A DNA stretch of 64,000 bases, taken from the NCBI RefSeq assembly GCF_009914755.1, contig NC_060927.1; one strand, written 5' to 3'. Under the pieces are notes generated by a model. That model saw only the letters and a program-made list of their open reading frames with translations, was not told the origin of the DNA and did no database searches. Positions 15,786-30,147 of the stretch are shown piece by piece. A program made the position numbers and the translations under genes. This DNA is from the human T2T-CHM13v2.0 reference genome, Homo sapiens. The number at the start of each line of letters is the position of its first letter. Position 1 is the first letter of the stretch.

Positions 15786-18700
15786 AGTAAAGCATTTGGT
15801 ACTTAAAGGGCACACAATCAGTTCCCTCCCCTGTGTTGCCCGCTACCCCCACCAAACCTACTTTAAGTATATTAACTAAATAATGGCACCAAGAACTAAA
15901 ATAAAGGAGCCATTTGGTAAAAGGTCACTAAGATAAGGGACATATATATATAAATAGTCACCACCATAACTAGTTTAATCTATCTGGAACTAATCCTGAA
16001 TTTCTGTGACAAACAGTCTAAAACAGTATGACAGCCCAGCTCTCTTCAATTTACTCCCTCAGGGCTAAATTGAGCAACTCACACAGTTTATGAGATTTCT
16101 GGAACAGAGTTTTGCTTAGCTGCAATATCTTCTGTGGGCAAAGTAGACTGAATTTGGAATGCTGTTAAACTTAGGGTCAATGCAGAGTTCAAAAAAAATT
16201 AAGTTTCACCAGGGAACATGTGCTCGATGGGCTATCCAACCTGGAATGTTGAGGGATAAAGCAAATCCTTCAAATATAAAATGTGTCTGAAGGTAATTTT
16301 TTATTGAAGTCTATTGTCTTAACATGTGGTTGTAATATATGAGAAGCCATGAGCCCTACCTTTGCAGTTATAACTCTACAAATGTTTTAAAATAAATGCT
16401 TCATCAGTTTTTATGTTAAACAAGTGGGAATGATTTAGCCAGAATGTTGCAGTCAGATATCTGTGTGTCTGATGTCTGCTGATGCTAACCCTGGTACGGA
16501 TGCAACATAACTAAGAAATTAAAAATAGAATATAGAGGTTAAAGCTGCATGGACCTACCCTGCCCCTACCAACCCATGGTAGATGATTGTCTGGTTTATA
16601 AGGAGACATGTTTCCTACTTAAACATAGACTTTTGTATGTTTGTTAGCTTGTGGTTTTTGGTTTTTTCTTTCACTTTTACTAAGATTCTTCATCCCAGTG
16701 TTTCCTAGCTTCCTGAATGAGAGTGTTCAATTTGACCACCACTCCTGGAAGTTCTCAAGCTTTTATCATTAACTGATAGAGTAAGAACATAGCCAGCCAC
16801 TGCCCATGGAGAATGAGTCACTCTGCTCTGTATATTTAACAGTTATGGATCAGGTGCTTTTTGATTTTTTCCTCAGAGAGCTTTCCAAAATGTACCTTGA
16901 CCTGGCTCTGCTGATTTAAACCTTGAGTCATCTAGATGCAGATTTAGGAAATAAGATCCATAGGATGTAATGATTTAATTTACAGTCTCTTGGAGTAGGG
17001 GCATAAATTATTTAGTTTTGCATTCTTGGTTGCTAAGAATGTAGGCATTTAGTAAGAGTTTGTCAATTAAATGACTGCTCTTCCATATCTCTGGAAACCT
17101 GCTTGGCATGTTCCAGTGGTGCCTGGGTTTTTCATAGTCTCCTTGCTTTTTATCTGTCTTAAGCTCAGGGCTTTTTGCTTCCTCTCTCCTTCTCTCAGAG
17201 GCCTGAATCACATTCCCTGTTGCTGCCTTTAATTTCTGTTGGCTACTGTTGCCACTGACACCACTTTTAATCTCCTCTGATCCTATTCTGTGTTATCGTC
17301 CTGCTTCATTTCTGCAGTGTTCTTCTTTCTTGTCTGCTGTTCCCTCCCAAGGCCTGTCAGCACTAAGATGGATGCATCGAGCTTGTAAATGTGTAACTGG
17401 GCAATTAAAGTAGCACTTTCCTTTCCTACAATTGATCCAGCCAATCACAACCGTCCATCAGGTGCTTTCTGTGGTTATCCTATTCTCAGATGCACTTAGT
17501 GATCTTGAATTCTAACTAAACAGCATATTTTTTTCTGGATGATGTTTGTTGTGTAACCATTCTGAAAACTCAAGTATTCTGGAGATTAAATACCAGATAA
17601 GGGGTATTTAGCTGCAGTAAATATGTGTGCCATTGGACATCATTTCAGCAGCTTGTGGCAGTTGTTCACCATTGCCCTGGTTGCTTTTAAGCACTAGGGA
17701 GTAGAAGCCTGCAGAATTTATGTGTGACTTGGGTGCCAGTGTGCATTATGCTGTCGGTGGCAATACCAAGTCTATTTTTGATGAAGAATCAACATGAGAT
17801 TTCAACAGAAGCAAAAAAGGTAATCTTTATTTGAAAAGCCCATCAACTCTTTGTTTTATATCCATTTTTTGGTCACTTTAGAAATATTTTTGCAGAATTT
17901 TTCGTTGTTAATTTTATAACCTCCACAAAAATATTGTAGAAGTGCTGAGGTTAGTCCAGGAAGTATTTTATTTCAAAAATGAAATGACAGAATGCCAGGG
18001 CTCAATCCCCACCTCTCTCCATGTTCTCCCAATAAAAAATACAAGAAAGAATTTTTATTAACTTTTAGAAAAACTTCTAAGAAACTTCAATCCTTTGGGA
18101 TTGCGCTGGTAGTGTGCTTTAATATGTTAGAATTGACTGGGGCTCAGTAAGTTCCTGAAAATCCAGAAAGCACCTTCTTTCCTTTTGGGATGCAGGCTGA
18201 TGGGCAGAAAGGCTTGACCCAGACTGAAGAGACCCATTCTTCTGGTGAACCTGCCCACTTGGCCCATCTACAGGCAGGTACTCAGAGAAAGAGTTCTGTG
18301 GGGTTGAACCAGAAATCCAGATGGAAACCCCATAGATACACTTACACTGAAGTTATTTTTTCCAAATCTTAAGTGCCATTATTCAAAGCAGCTTAGCATA
18401 TCCACATGCATGAATAAATGATGTTACTACTTGATTAGGGAATACCACCCATCCTAGAAAGATGATTAATATTCATTGGCCTCCAAAATAACAAGGCTAC
18501 AGAGAATAAATACTTCCACCCTAGTTTTGTCCAATGACCTTCCATTTCCCTTAAAATATTTAGATTCTAATGTATGTTTAGATTGATCCTTAATACTATC
18601 AATCTTTTTATGTTACTGCTTTCAGGATGCTGTTGGCATAGTTGAAATGTTAGGCTTTATTTGTGGCTATGTATTTTGTGTATTCTACTTGGGATCTCGA

Positions 18701-19689
18701 TTTCCCCAACTATATAGAAATGTAAGTACGTTATTTGCTCTGTTTGTTCTGATGAATCAAAAGTGCTTCTTATGACTTTGTGTCTACCTTTGGAAGAGAT
18801 CTTGGAATTCTGAGTAGTGCTTTTGGGACCAAAATATGGAAGTCAAAGTCACAAGAATCGATTCTTGATCAATTTTTTGTTTGTTTGTTAAGCTCCTTCA
18901 AGTTTAGGCAGCAGAATTTAGATCAGCTGGAATTGTCTAAATCTGTTTTCCTGGGTTTGCATATTAATGGCAGAGTAATGAAGTCACAATAAATTATGCA
19001 AAGCATTTGGCATGGATGTTGTGGTTGTGTTCAACTTGTGAAAAAGACATGATTCCCTTGCACTTTGCAACTAATATACTTCATTGTGGCAACCTAGAAG
19101 GGACCCAACGTGTACATGTGTACTTTATCTCTCTGAATTTTCAACCACCCACGGTTTATTCGAATTTCCAATAGTATATTCTTTTATTTACCAAAGGTCC
19201 TGGAAACTGAAAACTCTAACTGAATTTCTGAATGTTTAATGGGAGTAAAAGAGTAATTTTCTCTAATTCATTCACTTGAGTTTCCATCTGGTCAAAATAG
19301 TCTCACATGTTTGTCAATATTTTGAAATGAAGTATTGCAAAAGGTAATATGTAGAAGAATAAATAATCCAGTCATCAACAAGGGAGTACACTACAGACAT
19401 TGAATAAAGAAGCTTCATGCAAGCAGTACTTTTTTCAGGGGAGAATATTATAGTCTCTCCCTCAGAATTGCCTTAAAAATGAGCCCAAGAGGCAGCTTCA
19501 CAGTAGATTAACATTTACTAACTCCCAATCCAGTACTGGACTGCATGATTAAAAGGATACTAATTGTTATCATTATCACACATAGATAATATTTTAAATG
19601 TTTATATCTTAGTACTTTTGAATCTTAAGAGAAATGGATAAGGGAAAAAATTTATAGAATTAACTATAAATATTTAATATGTCTGTACA

Positions 19690-20790
<1,101 letters not shown>

Positions 20791-21135
20791 AATTTAAAAC
20801 TTGGGTGATTTGTGAAGCTGTGTACTGTATAGTGAAGAGAAAATAACAACTACTGTCATCCTTGCTTCTATTGTTAGTTCTGAAGAAGATCTACGGAAGG
20901 AACTTCATTTCTGCTGTTTGCATTGGCCATGATTGGGAACTTCACGTATGGACTTGGTGTGGTTTTAAAGGCACCAGCTGCTACGTGTCACAAGAATACT
21001 TACTTTGTGCATCATCTTCCTTGGCTTATTGCAAGTTTTGGAATCTTATTCCTTAACTCTTTTGTGTCTTTTGCCATCAGATTGCCATTAGAGAATAAAC
21101 ATGTATAGCTACTTAATATATCACCCAAAAAGTAC

Positions 21136-21157
21136 ATATATATATATATATATATAT
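21136..21157. repeat. (TA)n microsatellite
   Basis: About 11 AT units. Confidence 0.9.
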
Positions 21158-21827
21158 TCTAAGAAGTGTAAATAGCTAATGCTATAGTCATTTCATTATT
21201 ATATTTGAAATGTTCATTTATAAGGAAAGTCTTCTCTTTCCCAAAGTCTCCTAATTATTATTATTCTAGCAAACGATCAAATTCAGATGAAGATTTCTTG
21301 GTTTCTTTGGTTCTTCTGATAAAAAAAAAAAAAGTGGGGCCAAGTTTAGAAGCATTGAAATTAACACATCTTAGATATTAAATTTTATTAAAATTATAAT
21401 AGCAGATATTAAGAAAAAACCATACCATCTCTGAAAATCTCTACAGAGAACACTTTGAATTAATAAATGATAACTGATGCCTTGCCTTTTGTTGATAAAA
21501 GTGAGTCTCATGAATTAATAGTCTATGGTAAATAAAACATTTAGAATGATTGGTTAATGAATTTAATGAAAATTGGCAATAATGTTTAAAACTACATTTA
21601 TCATTTGTATGTAGGAAACAAATACGAGGGTGCTATTAGTTCTCAATATCTAAACTTACTTGTGATGATTAATACTGAGTGTCAACTTGATTGCATTGAT
21701 CCTGGGTGTGTCTGTGAGGGTGTTGCCAAAAGAGATTAACATTTGATTCAGTGGGCTGTGAAAGGCAGACCCACCATTAATCTGGGTGGGCACCATCTAA
21801 TCACCTGCCAGAGCAGCTAGAATATAA

Positions 21828-22286
21828 TGTAGCAGGACAAGCTGCAGACAAAACCCCTCAGACACCAAGTTAAAGAAGGAAGCGGTTTATTCGGCTGGGA
21901 GCATCGGCAAGACTCCTGTCTCAAGAGCCAAGTTCTCCGAGTGAGCAATTCCTGTCCCTTTTAAGGGCTCACAACTCTAAGGGGGTCTGCTTGAGAGGGT
22001 TGTGATCGATTGAGCAAGCAGGGGGTATGTGACTGAGGGCTGCATGCACAGGTAATTAGATTGGAACAGAACAGGACAGGGATTTTCACAGTGCTTTCCT
22101 ATACAATGCCTGTAATCTATAGATAAGATAACCAATTAGGTCAGGGGTCGATCTTTAACTACCAGGCCCAGGGTGTGGTGCCGGGCTGTCTGCTTGTGGA
22201 TTTCATTTCTGCCTTTTAGTTTTTACTTCTTCTTTCTTTGGAGGCAGAAATTGGGCATAAGACAATATGAGGGGTGGTCTCCCTTA
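21828..22286 (-). mobile_element. HERV-E 3' LTR (LTR2 family)
   Basis: Minus strand TAAGGGAGACCACCCCTCATATTGTC...TCCTGCTACA; AATAAA at about 21886-21891; degenerate PPT just internal. Confidence 0.93.
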
Positions 22287-22309
22287 TTCCCCGGCTTTGA
22301 GAATCTCAC

Positions 22310-24363
22310 TCAATAGTGGGAGTTCTCACTTTCTTTCTCACTACCCATGTCTTCTTGCAAGGCAGGTCGATAATGATTCATATAGTACACCTGTGCTGAA
22401 GCATTTTGTTGAACTAAGGTAGTGATGAAGCTTTTTATCATTTGAAGAAGTACAGGTAGCAAACAAGGGAGCAGTAAGCAGGTTTCTATTACTATTATAA
22501 CTCCTATTATAAGAGTTTGAAATCCTCCTAGCGCTGGGAACCATTTTCCAAACATGGCCCCAGGATCAAATCCATGCCACACTTGCACAGGCACATGTGC
22601 CAGTTTTGTCATATCTCTATGTCTTCAACTACTTGCCCTTGAACATCTATGTGTAGACAGCAATTAGTAAGGTTAAATTTCCTGCAGACCCCTCCTTCAG
22701 CTGCTAGCAAGTATTCAAGAGCCAATCTATTTTGGTAGATAGCATTTCTCATCTGAGTTTCTTGCCAGGCCAGAACAGTCAAGGCTCTGCCAGTTTTATT
22801 AGTGATTATTTCTAAGACAGCTTGTAACCGTATGATTTGGTTGATCTTGTAAATGGGGGTCCAGTATCCCCATGAGCCATCTTGTGCCCAAGTAGCAGCC
22901 CCATAATATTGTATGAGTCTCTCAGGGGGCCATTCATCATCTTTCCAATTTTCTATAGCTATGCTTCCCTTTTTGTGGGACGCATAGACAGGGAAGCCCA
23001 GGAGTTCACCTGTTTTTATGGGCTAGGAAGAAAGATGGTTTAATAGTGCCAATAACACAACTACTTGCCCACTGGTCAGGTAATCTGGCATAAACTCTAT
23101 GCCCACTTACCCAGTATAATCCAGTGGGGGCTGTCCAGTCCCGGTGGGACTCCAGGTGGGTCCATACGGTTTGCAACTTTGGGAATTTACTAAATGGATT
23201 CCTCTCTGTGTGATTTGAACTCCAACAAGTGACTGTTTTTTTGGTACCATTATACAGTTTCTGTCCCAGACAACTAAGTCGTCTTACAGGGTGAGTGAAT
23301 TATTTCCTTCTCTAGCTATGCAATATTGTCCAATAATTGGGAATTTTAGGACCCAGAAATTATGAGGGTGATTCTTTTGAGCCGGAAATTCATCAGGAAC
23401 TGGGTCTGTAGGTACTAATTCTCGGGCTTTCCATGGCCATTGATCTCCCATTACAGTTCCTCCACATACACAGCAAGAAGTGATGTTGAGAGACTGGGCT
23501 ACATGCTCGGCTAATTGCAAAAACAAATTCTTGTTTTTCCTGGAATTTCTGGTACTGGCACATTTAGTTCATCATAGAAAGTTTGAAACACTGGTTCAGG
23601 AGAGTGTTTGAAACTTCTCCTTGAACCAAGATATTTACTCAAGGATCCAGTCCAGCCTCGTCGATTCCTAAGGTCACACGCTCCCCTTTTTTCCAGCGAG
23701 GATCAAGGGATTGGTTATTACCAGCTCTAAGGGGTTACATTGTCCCTTAGTACAGGAAGGGCCATTTTTCCCTTTCTGAAAGTGGACTGGATCCTTTTCA
23801 TTTTTTATCCAAGTGGCCCAAATGACACAAGACCGGTATCCACATTCATTTCCACACAGTCCTAATTCATGACAAATGTACTATTTTCGGTCATATAGCC
23901 TTTTTCCCAACTAAAAGACCCACATCCCCTTTCTAACTTATTGCTATTAATGACAGCACAGGCATCAAATTTCAATATTATGCATTTAGGCACCCCTTTT
24001 CCTTCTGTTCCGGCTAACACTTTACTTGTATCATTTAGGAGTCCCCACTAGTCTTCAGTCTTTAATCTTATTTCAAAAACTGTGAACATGGGAGAGTCAG
24101 AGGGGTCATAACACACATCTGGTCTGTCGTTTCCCGGGCTACATACTTTGTACTGAGTGTCATTATATAAACATGTTCCTTTTAAAGATCCTAAGCATTC
24201 ATAGTAACTATAGAACAGAAAGATTGTTTTAACTTGTTGCCTTACCTCGAGTAACCTGATGTATACACTGAGAGCAGTCCTCCCTGCGGGGAATATCAGT
24301 GGAAGTTTTTACTATACAAGTCCAAATTATAAGAAAAATGAGTCCCATGATGATTCTCCTCAT
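22310..24363 (-). pseudogene. env: HERV-E env, disrupted
   Basis: Signal peptide MRRIIMGLIFLIIWTC and CSQC, then an early frameshift; [21 protein letters not shown]; [10 protein letters not shown]; TM anchor (22310-22612 ORF); furin position reads SHKKG|SI. Confidence 0.92.
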
Positions 24364-24366
24364 GCT

Positions 24367-27300
24367 TCAGCCATGTGTAGACCAGTTTCCGGGTGTGACT
24401 GGAGCAGGGCTTGTCGTCCTCCTCAGAGTCACTTTGCAGGGATTGTCCAGGCTTGGTTTTGCCTCCCAGGTTTCAGCGGCTGCAGGTTTCACATGGCTGT
24501 GGTGGATCCAGGCTGGGATTCCTTCTACCTTTACAGCCGTGGGGGTGGTCCAGATAACGGTCTGAGGTCCTTTCCACCGTGGCCGCAAAGGGGCTCTGTT
24601 CCAGTCCTTGATCCACACGTGATCACCTGGAGAGAAAGGGTGAACTGGGGAGAATAAGCTGATGGGACACCTCTCATTTACCCAAGTTGAGATTGTTTGT
24701 GTAATTTTTCCTAAAGCCTGTAGCTGTCGCTGTAATTCAATTTCACCTAACTCTTGGGGAGTGCCTGGAAGCTCCCGTGGTATAGGAGGAGGCCTATGAT
24801 ACAGTATTTCATAAGGGGAGTATCCTTTTTTCTTAGAAGGAGTGCATCTAATTTTAAACAATACCATAGGAAGGGCCTGTATCCACTCTAATCCTGTTTC
24901 CTGACATACTTTCCCTAAACTATTTTTGATAGTCCGATTCATTCGCTCCACCTTTCCAGAACTCTGAGGTCGGTAGGTGGCACATAGCTTCCAAGTGATT
25001 CCTAATGCCTTTGCTGTCTTCTGTACCAAGACAGCCACAAACGCCGGCCTGTTATCTGAGCTGATTCATAAGGGCAGTCCAAACCTAGGAATAAGATCTC
25101 AGAGAAGCACACGGGTTACCTCGTAGGCCTTTTCAGTTCGTGTTGGATAAGCCTCCACCCACCCAGAGTAAGTACACACAAGAACCAGCAAATATGTGTT
25201 ACCTCCACATTTCAGCATTTCTGTGAAATCCTCAAAAGCATTTTCTGTGAAGATCCTCAAAAGAAGCAGCTCCATAAACTTGTATGCTGGGTGGAAAGTG
25301 GGGCCTTGCCTCGCATTGTGCTGTCAGCAAGTAACACACTGTTGTGCTACTGCTTTGGCAAGGGCTGGCAAGTGTGAGACTTAGAAGTACCGGCCTAACA
25401 ACTTTTCAAGTGACTCTTGTCTAGATGCATGGTTTCGTGCCTGGCCAATAAGATTGTGGCTCCCAGCAACTGTGGCACAGCTACCCTCTCATCTGGCAGT
25501 CTGATCCATCCTCCTTTTATTGCTTGACCCCCTTCTGCATGGAAGAAGTCTTTTTCTTCCTTAGAATAGGTAGGTACCAGGTCAGGTGTTTGAGGGAGTA
25601 AAGGGGCTGCTACTGATGCCCAGTAAGGGGTAGATGTTGCTTTTCGAGCTTCTGAATCAACTTGAGAGTTTCCTAAGGCCACTGAGGTGGAGGCTTGCTG
25701 GTGTCCCCTGCAGTGCATAACTGCCACCTTCTGAGGTTTTCACACTGCCTCTAATAATTGTAGAATTTCTTGTGATACTTTATGTCCTTTCCCCCAGAGT
25801 TTAACAGGCCCTTTTCCTTATATAATGCTCCATGCACTTGGAGGGTTAGAAAGGCATATTGAGAGTCAGTGTAGATGTTTACAGTCTTACCTTCACTGAG
25901 TTCTTGAGCCCTTGTTAAAGCAATGAGCTCAGTCTTCTGGGCTGAAGTGCCCTGTGGCAAAGGTTTGGCTTCAATGACAGCATCCAAAGTTACCACCGCA
26001 TATCCTGCACATCTTTCTCCTTGTGGGTTGATGAAGCTGCTCCAGTCCACATATAACTCCCAGTCTACTGATGCCCATGGCTGGTCCCGAAGGTCAGGTC
26101 TGCTAGAATAGGCTGAATCCAACACCTCTACATGGTTATGCTTGACTGGGCTCTCTCATACTGGGAGCAGGGTGGCGGGATTTAGGGTGTTACAAACTTC
26201 AATAGTTATGTGGGGATTTTCACATAGCAAGCTTTGGTACTTGGTTAATCTAGCATTTGTTAGCCAATGATGTCCTTTGGTATTCATCAAAGTTACCACA
26301 GCATGGGGGACCTTTATATTCAGGTTTTGCCCAAGGGTTAGTTTATCTGCTTCTTGTGCTAACAGGGCTGTTGCTGCCAGGGCCCTTAGACGTGGTGGCC
26401 AGCCTTTGGAAACCCCATTTAGTTGTTTTGAGAGATAGGCCACTGGCCTTGGCCAGTGCCCCACAGTCTGGGTTAAAACTCCAACTGCCATTGTTTCTCT
26501 TTCTGACACATAGAGTGTAAAGGGCTTTGTCACATCTGATAGTCCTAGGGCTGGGGCCAACATAAATTTTTCCTTTAACTTACAAAAGGCTTGCTGTTGT
26601 AGAGGCCCCCATTCAAAAGGCTCCCGGTCGCCCCCCTTTGTAACCCTGTACAAAGGTTTGGCTAGTACTGCAAAGTTTGGAATCCATAATCTGCAAAACC
26701 CCACAGCTCCTAGGAATTCCCTTACTTGCCTTCTGGTTCTAGGTTGCTCTATTCATCACTCCAGTAGGCTGCAGATGACCTGCTTTCTTTCTGACCCCAG
26801 GCTGCGCTCCCTTTTCCGAATAGTGAATCCCAGGTAGCGTACCTGCTGTCTGCAGACGTGAGCTTTCTTCTTGGACACCTTATACCCATAGTCCTCCAGG
26901 TGCCGAAGCAGGGCATCCATCCCTTTTGCACACCAGACTGCTGTGGAGTGTCCCAGCAGAAGGTCATCCACGTACAGGAGCAAGACGCAGCCTAGGTGTT
27001 TAGCAGGAAACTTTTGCAGGTCTCGAGCCAGGGCCTCCCCGAAGATAGTAGGGGAGTTCTTGAACCCTTGGGGAAGCCAGGTCCAAGTGTACTAAGTAGT
27101 GACACCTGACTCCGGATCTTCCCACTGAAAGGCAAATAGCTTCTGGCTGTCGGGAGCTAGTCTGATGCTAAAGAAGGCATCTTTTAAGTCCAGACAGGTA
27201 AACCAGCAGTCCTCAGCCGGCAGCAGCCCTGACAATGTGTAAGGGTTAGGAACTGTTGGGTGGAGAGTCACTGTAGCTTGGTTGACCAGGCACAAGTCCT

Positions 27301-27997
27301 GTACTGGGTGATAGTCCTTTGTCCCTGGCTTATGGACAGGCAGGAGGGGGGTGTTCCACAGAGCCTGACAAGGAACTATAATTCCATAGGCTTTCAAGCG
27401 CCTGAGATGAACCTGGATTCCTTCGAGAGCTTCTCTGGGAAGTGGATACTGCTTTTGTCTAATTGGTTGGGCCCCAGGCTTAACTTCTATGAGTACGGGG
27501 GCTTGGTTGACCACCAGTCCCGGAGGATTATCCTCTGTCCATACTCGGGGCCATCACTTAGCTAGAGCTGGTTTTGTCTCTCGGCCTGGCTAGATTAGAA
27601 AAAGTCTCCATTCTTCTTCCCGGGGGACCGTAAGGGCCATGATAACTCCTGTTCCCAGTAACTTTAGCTGTAAAGGGCCCTGTTTTGTAAAAGAGATGGT
27701 GGCTCTCAGCTTGCTAAGCAAGTTTCTTCCCAGCAAGGGCAAGGGATAGTCAGGCATGTACAAGAACTAGTGAACTATCTCACATCCCCCCACCAAGCAG
27801 GTCTATGGTAGACAGAAAGCCTGCTTAGTGGAAACTTGTGTTGCTCCGATTATATCAATGGTTTTCTTGGATAAGGGGGCAACCAAGGTGGTCACTACTG
27901 AATGTTCAGCACCAGTATCAACCAAAAACTTAATGTTCTTGTCCCCAGTTGTAATCCTGACCATGGCCTCCTTGGAGGCGCTTGAGCCCAGTCCCAT
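24367..27997 (-). pseudogene. pol: HERV-E pro-pol (protease, RT, RNase H, integrase), disrupted
   Basis: FLVDTGAEHS (PR); DLKDAFF, LPQGFKNSP and YVDD (RT); SAQKTELIALTRA and NIYTDSQYAF (RNase H); QSSGKVERMNRTIK and WKGP (IN); multiple stops and frameshifts. Confidence 0.95.
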
Positions 27998-29601
27998 TCA
28001 GTCCAATAGCCCTTCAGCCAGATTGAACAAAGCTCCCTCGTCTTTATCTTTATCTGAGTTCTTTTGTTCCGAATCACCTTGCTTTTCCTCCAGTCGGGGA
28101 CACTTATCTTTCCAATGTCCTATTTCCTTACAATAGGCGCATTGGTTATGTTGCAAACGTGGGCGATTAGACTGGGTATTCTTCCCGGAACCCCCCTTTC
28201 CCTCTCCTTCTGGGGGAATTCCCCTAATGGCCATGGCCAGTAAGTTGGCATTTTGCCTAGCCTGGCGTTCGCCTTCCTTATGGCTTTCTCTGCGGCTCGT
28301 TGCATCTCTATTCATAAACCCTTGATCGGCTATTTCCAGTAACTGTGAGGTATTCATACCCACAAACCCAGCCGGTTTCTGCAGTTTTCTCCTGATATCT
28401 TCTGCGCTTTGATTAACTAAGGCCATGTTAATCATGCGCTGATTTTCAGGGCTATCTGGATCAAAAGGAGTGTACATACAGTAAGCCTCACACAGACTTT
28501 CATAGAATTGCACTGGACTCTTCTTTTCCTTGGATGACCTCAGAGACCTTATTTACATTTGTAGCCTTTTAAGCCCCTTTGTTTAGACCTTCTATTAATG
28601 CCTCATGGTACCGTCTTAGCCTCTCTATGTCTGGTCCCTCGTTCGGGTCCCACTGGGGGTCTGTTCCTGGCAGCTGAATTCTTATATATTCTTGGGGGTT
28701 TTGGTAATCAGCTGGGACGTGCTCCTATAGCCACTTAGTTGCCACCTGGAGCACCCTTTGCCTTTCATCTGTATTAAAGAGGTACATGAATAGCTGGTGG
28801 CAATCAGCCCAAGTAGGATTATGAGTCTGTATAATAGTTTGGAGCAAGTCAGTTAAAGGTTGAGGCTTTTCAGCGTAAGATGGAGTATTATTTTTCCAGT
28901 TGAGGAGGTCAGCAGAGGTGAAAGATTGATTACACAAAGGCACGCCTTTCCATCGTGTGTCCGTCTTCATCTACCCTAGTATATCACTGCTCTTTCAAGG
29001 GCATTTGGATTCCAGTCTTGGGCCATAAGTGAGCTGCCAACAGAGGACTTTCTCCTGCTGCTTCACTTCCTCTTTTGCCTACTCTGGGTGGTCTAGGAGT
29101 GCGGTTATCTGGTGGAGGTGTAGGTGCTGTGGGCTCAGGGGAGGGGAGCCCTTCCTCTCTATAAGGAGGGGGTACTGCTGGTACCAATTCCTGCCATGAT
29201 TCTTCTGGTGTTGGGTCGGACAGAACTTTTGGTGCTGACTTCCCTTGGCTGGTGGAGAGAGAATCTTCCTTAACTAACTGTCCCTTTGCTACTAGTACTG
29301 TTGCTGCCTATCCTCTTAACCACTGTAGGGGGTCCAAAACTAGCTGTAATCAAGTGTCTGTGTATGGGAACTGGTCTGGGTACCCTGGCTTACAGGACAC
29401 CTTGTGCCATACCTTTGAGAAAAGGGACCTGTCCAGGCTTCCTTCTGATGGCCAACCCACCTCTAATGTTGGCCAGTCTATGTCACACAAAGTTCTAAGT
29501 TTTCCTGGTGTCATGGTGACTCCACAGTCTTCCTTAAATCCCTTTTTGAAATTTTTCAACATAGTTCCTAGTGGGATGGGCTTACTTTGTGCCTGACCCA
29601 T
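27998..29601 (-). pseudogene. gag: HERV-E gag, disrupted
   Basis: Myristoylation-type start MGQAQSK at 29601; PPPY and PTAP motifs; CA segment DLLNWKNNTPSY; CCHC knuckle CAYCKEIGHWKDKC; TGA in frame with pro. Confidence 0.94.
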
Positions 29602-30124
29602 GTTTCCTCGAGGCAAAACACCACGCTCACACCACATGCACACCACAAAACAAAGAACGGGTAAAAAGGACACACACACTTTTACAGTTTACACCAAACC
29701 AGAATCAAAACCAAAATCAGAGTATCAAGAAATCCAAGCCAGGTCAAAACCAAAACCAAAGTATCAAGCAATCCAAGTCAAGTCAAAAACAAAAACCAAA
29801 GTGCCAGTACAGGCACGCCGTGGGTGATCAGGCAATGCTTCCACTCAAATGGAGTGGGCAAGTTCCAAAGACTAGTCTTACCAAGTTTCAGATGTCTGGA
29901 CTCCAAGTGCCTGTTCCTTCCTGGTGTTCAGTCACTGTGTTGATCCTCCACGGGGGCCTGCCATTCACTGCTCCGGCGAAGCCTTCCACCGGGGCAATTG
30001 CCTACCCGGGAGCACTCTCAGGATCCGCGTCACTCAAGCTGGCTGGAGTCCCCCACAGGGATGCTCCACAGGGCAGGCCTAAGCCACCTAAGGGGCTGCC
30101 TCGACCATCCGTTAATCACCTCGC

Positions 30125-30142
30125 TTCTAGGTCAGGGAACCA
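30125..30142 (-). other. Primer binding site for tRNA-Glu
   Basis: TGGTTCCCTGACCTAGAA, 16/18 identical to the tRNA-Glu PBS TGGTTCCCTGACCGGGAA, 5 nt inside the 5' LTR boundary. Confidence 0.9.
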
Positions 30143-30147
30143 AGAAA

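Noticed and set aside
22310-24363. Domesticated env or syncytin-like gene
   Set aside because: Frameshift near codon 39, further disruptions and loss of the furin site
24367-25038. 223-aa ORF as a functional integrase
   Set aside because: GTG start, lacks the HHCC domain and both catalytic Asp, and is preceded by in-frame stops
29690-29802. Spaced direct repeats that might resemble a CRISPR-like array
   Set aside because: Imperfect tandem repeats in the HERV-E leader with no unique spacers, in a eukaryotic context
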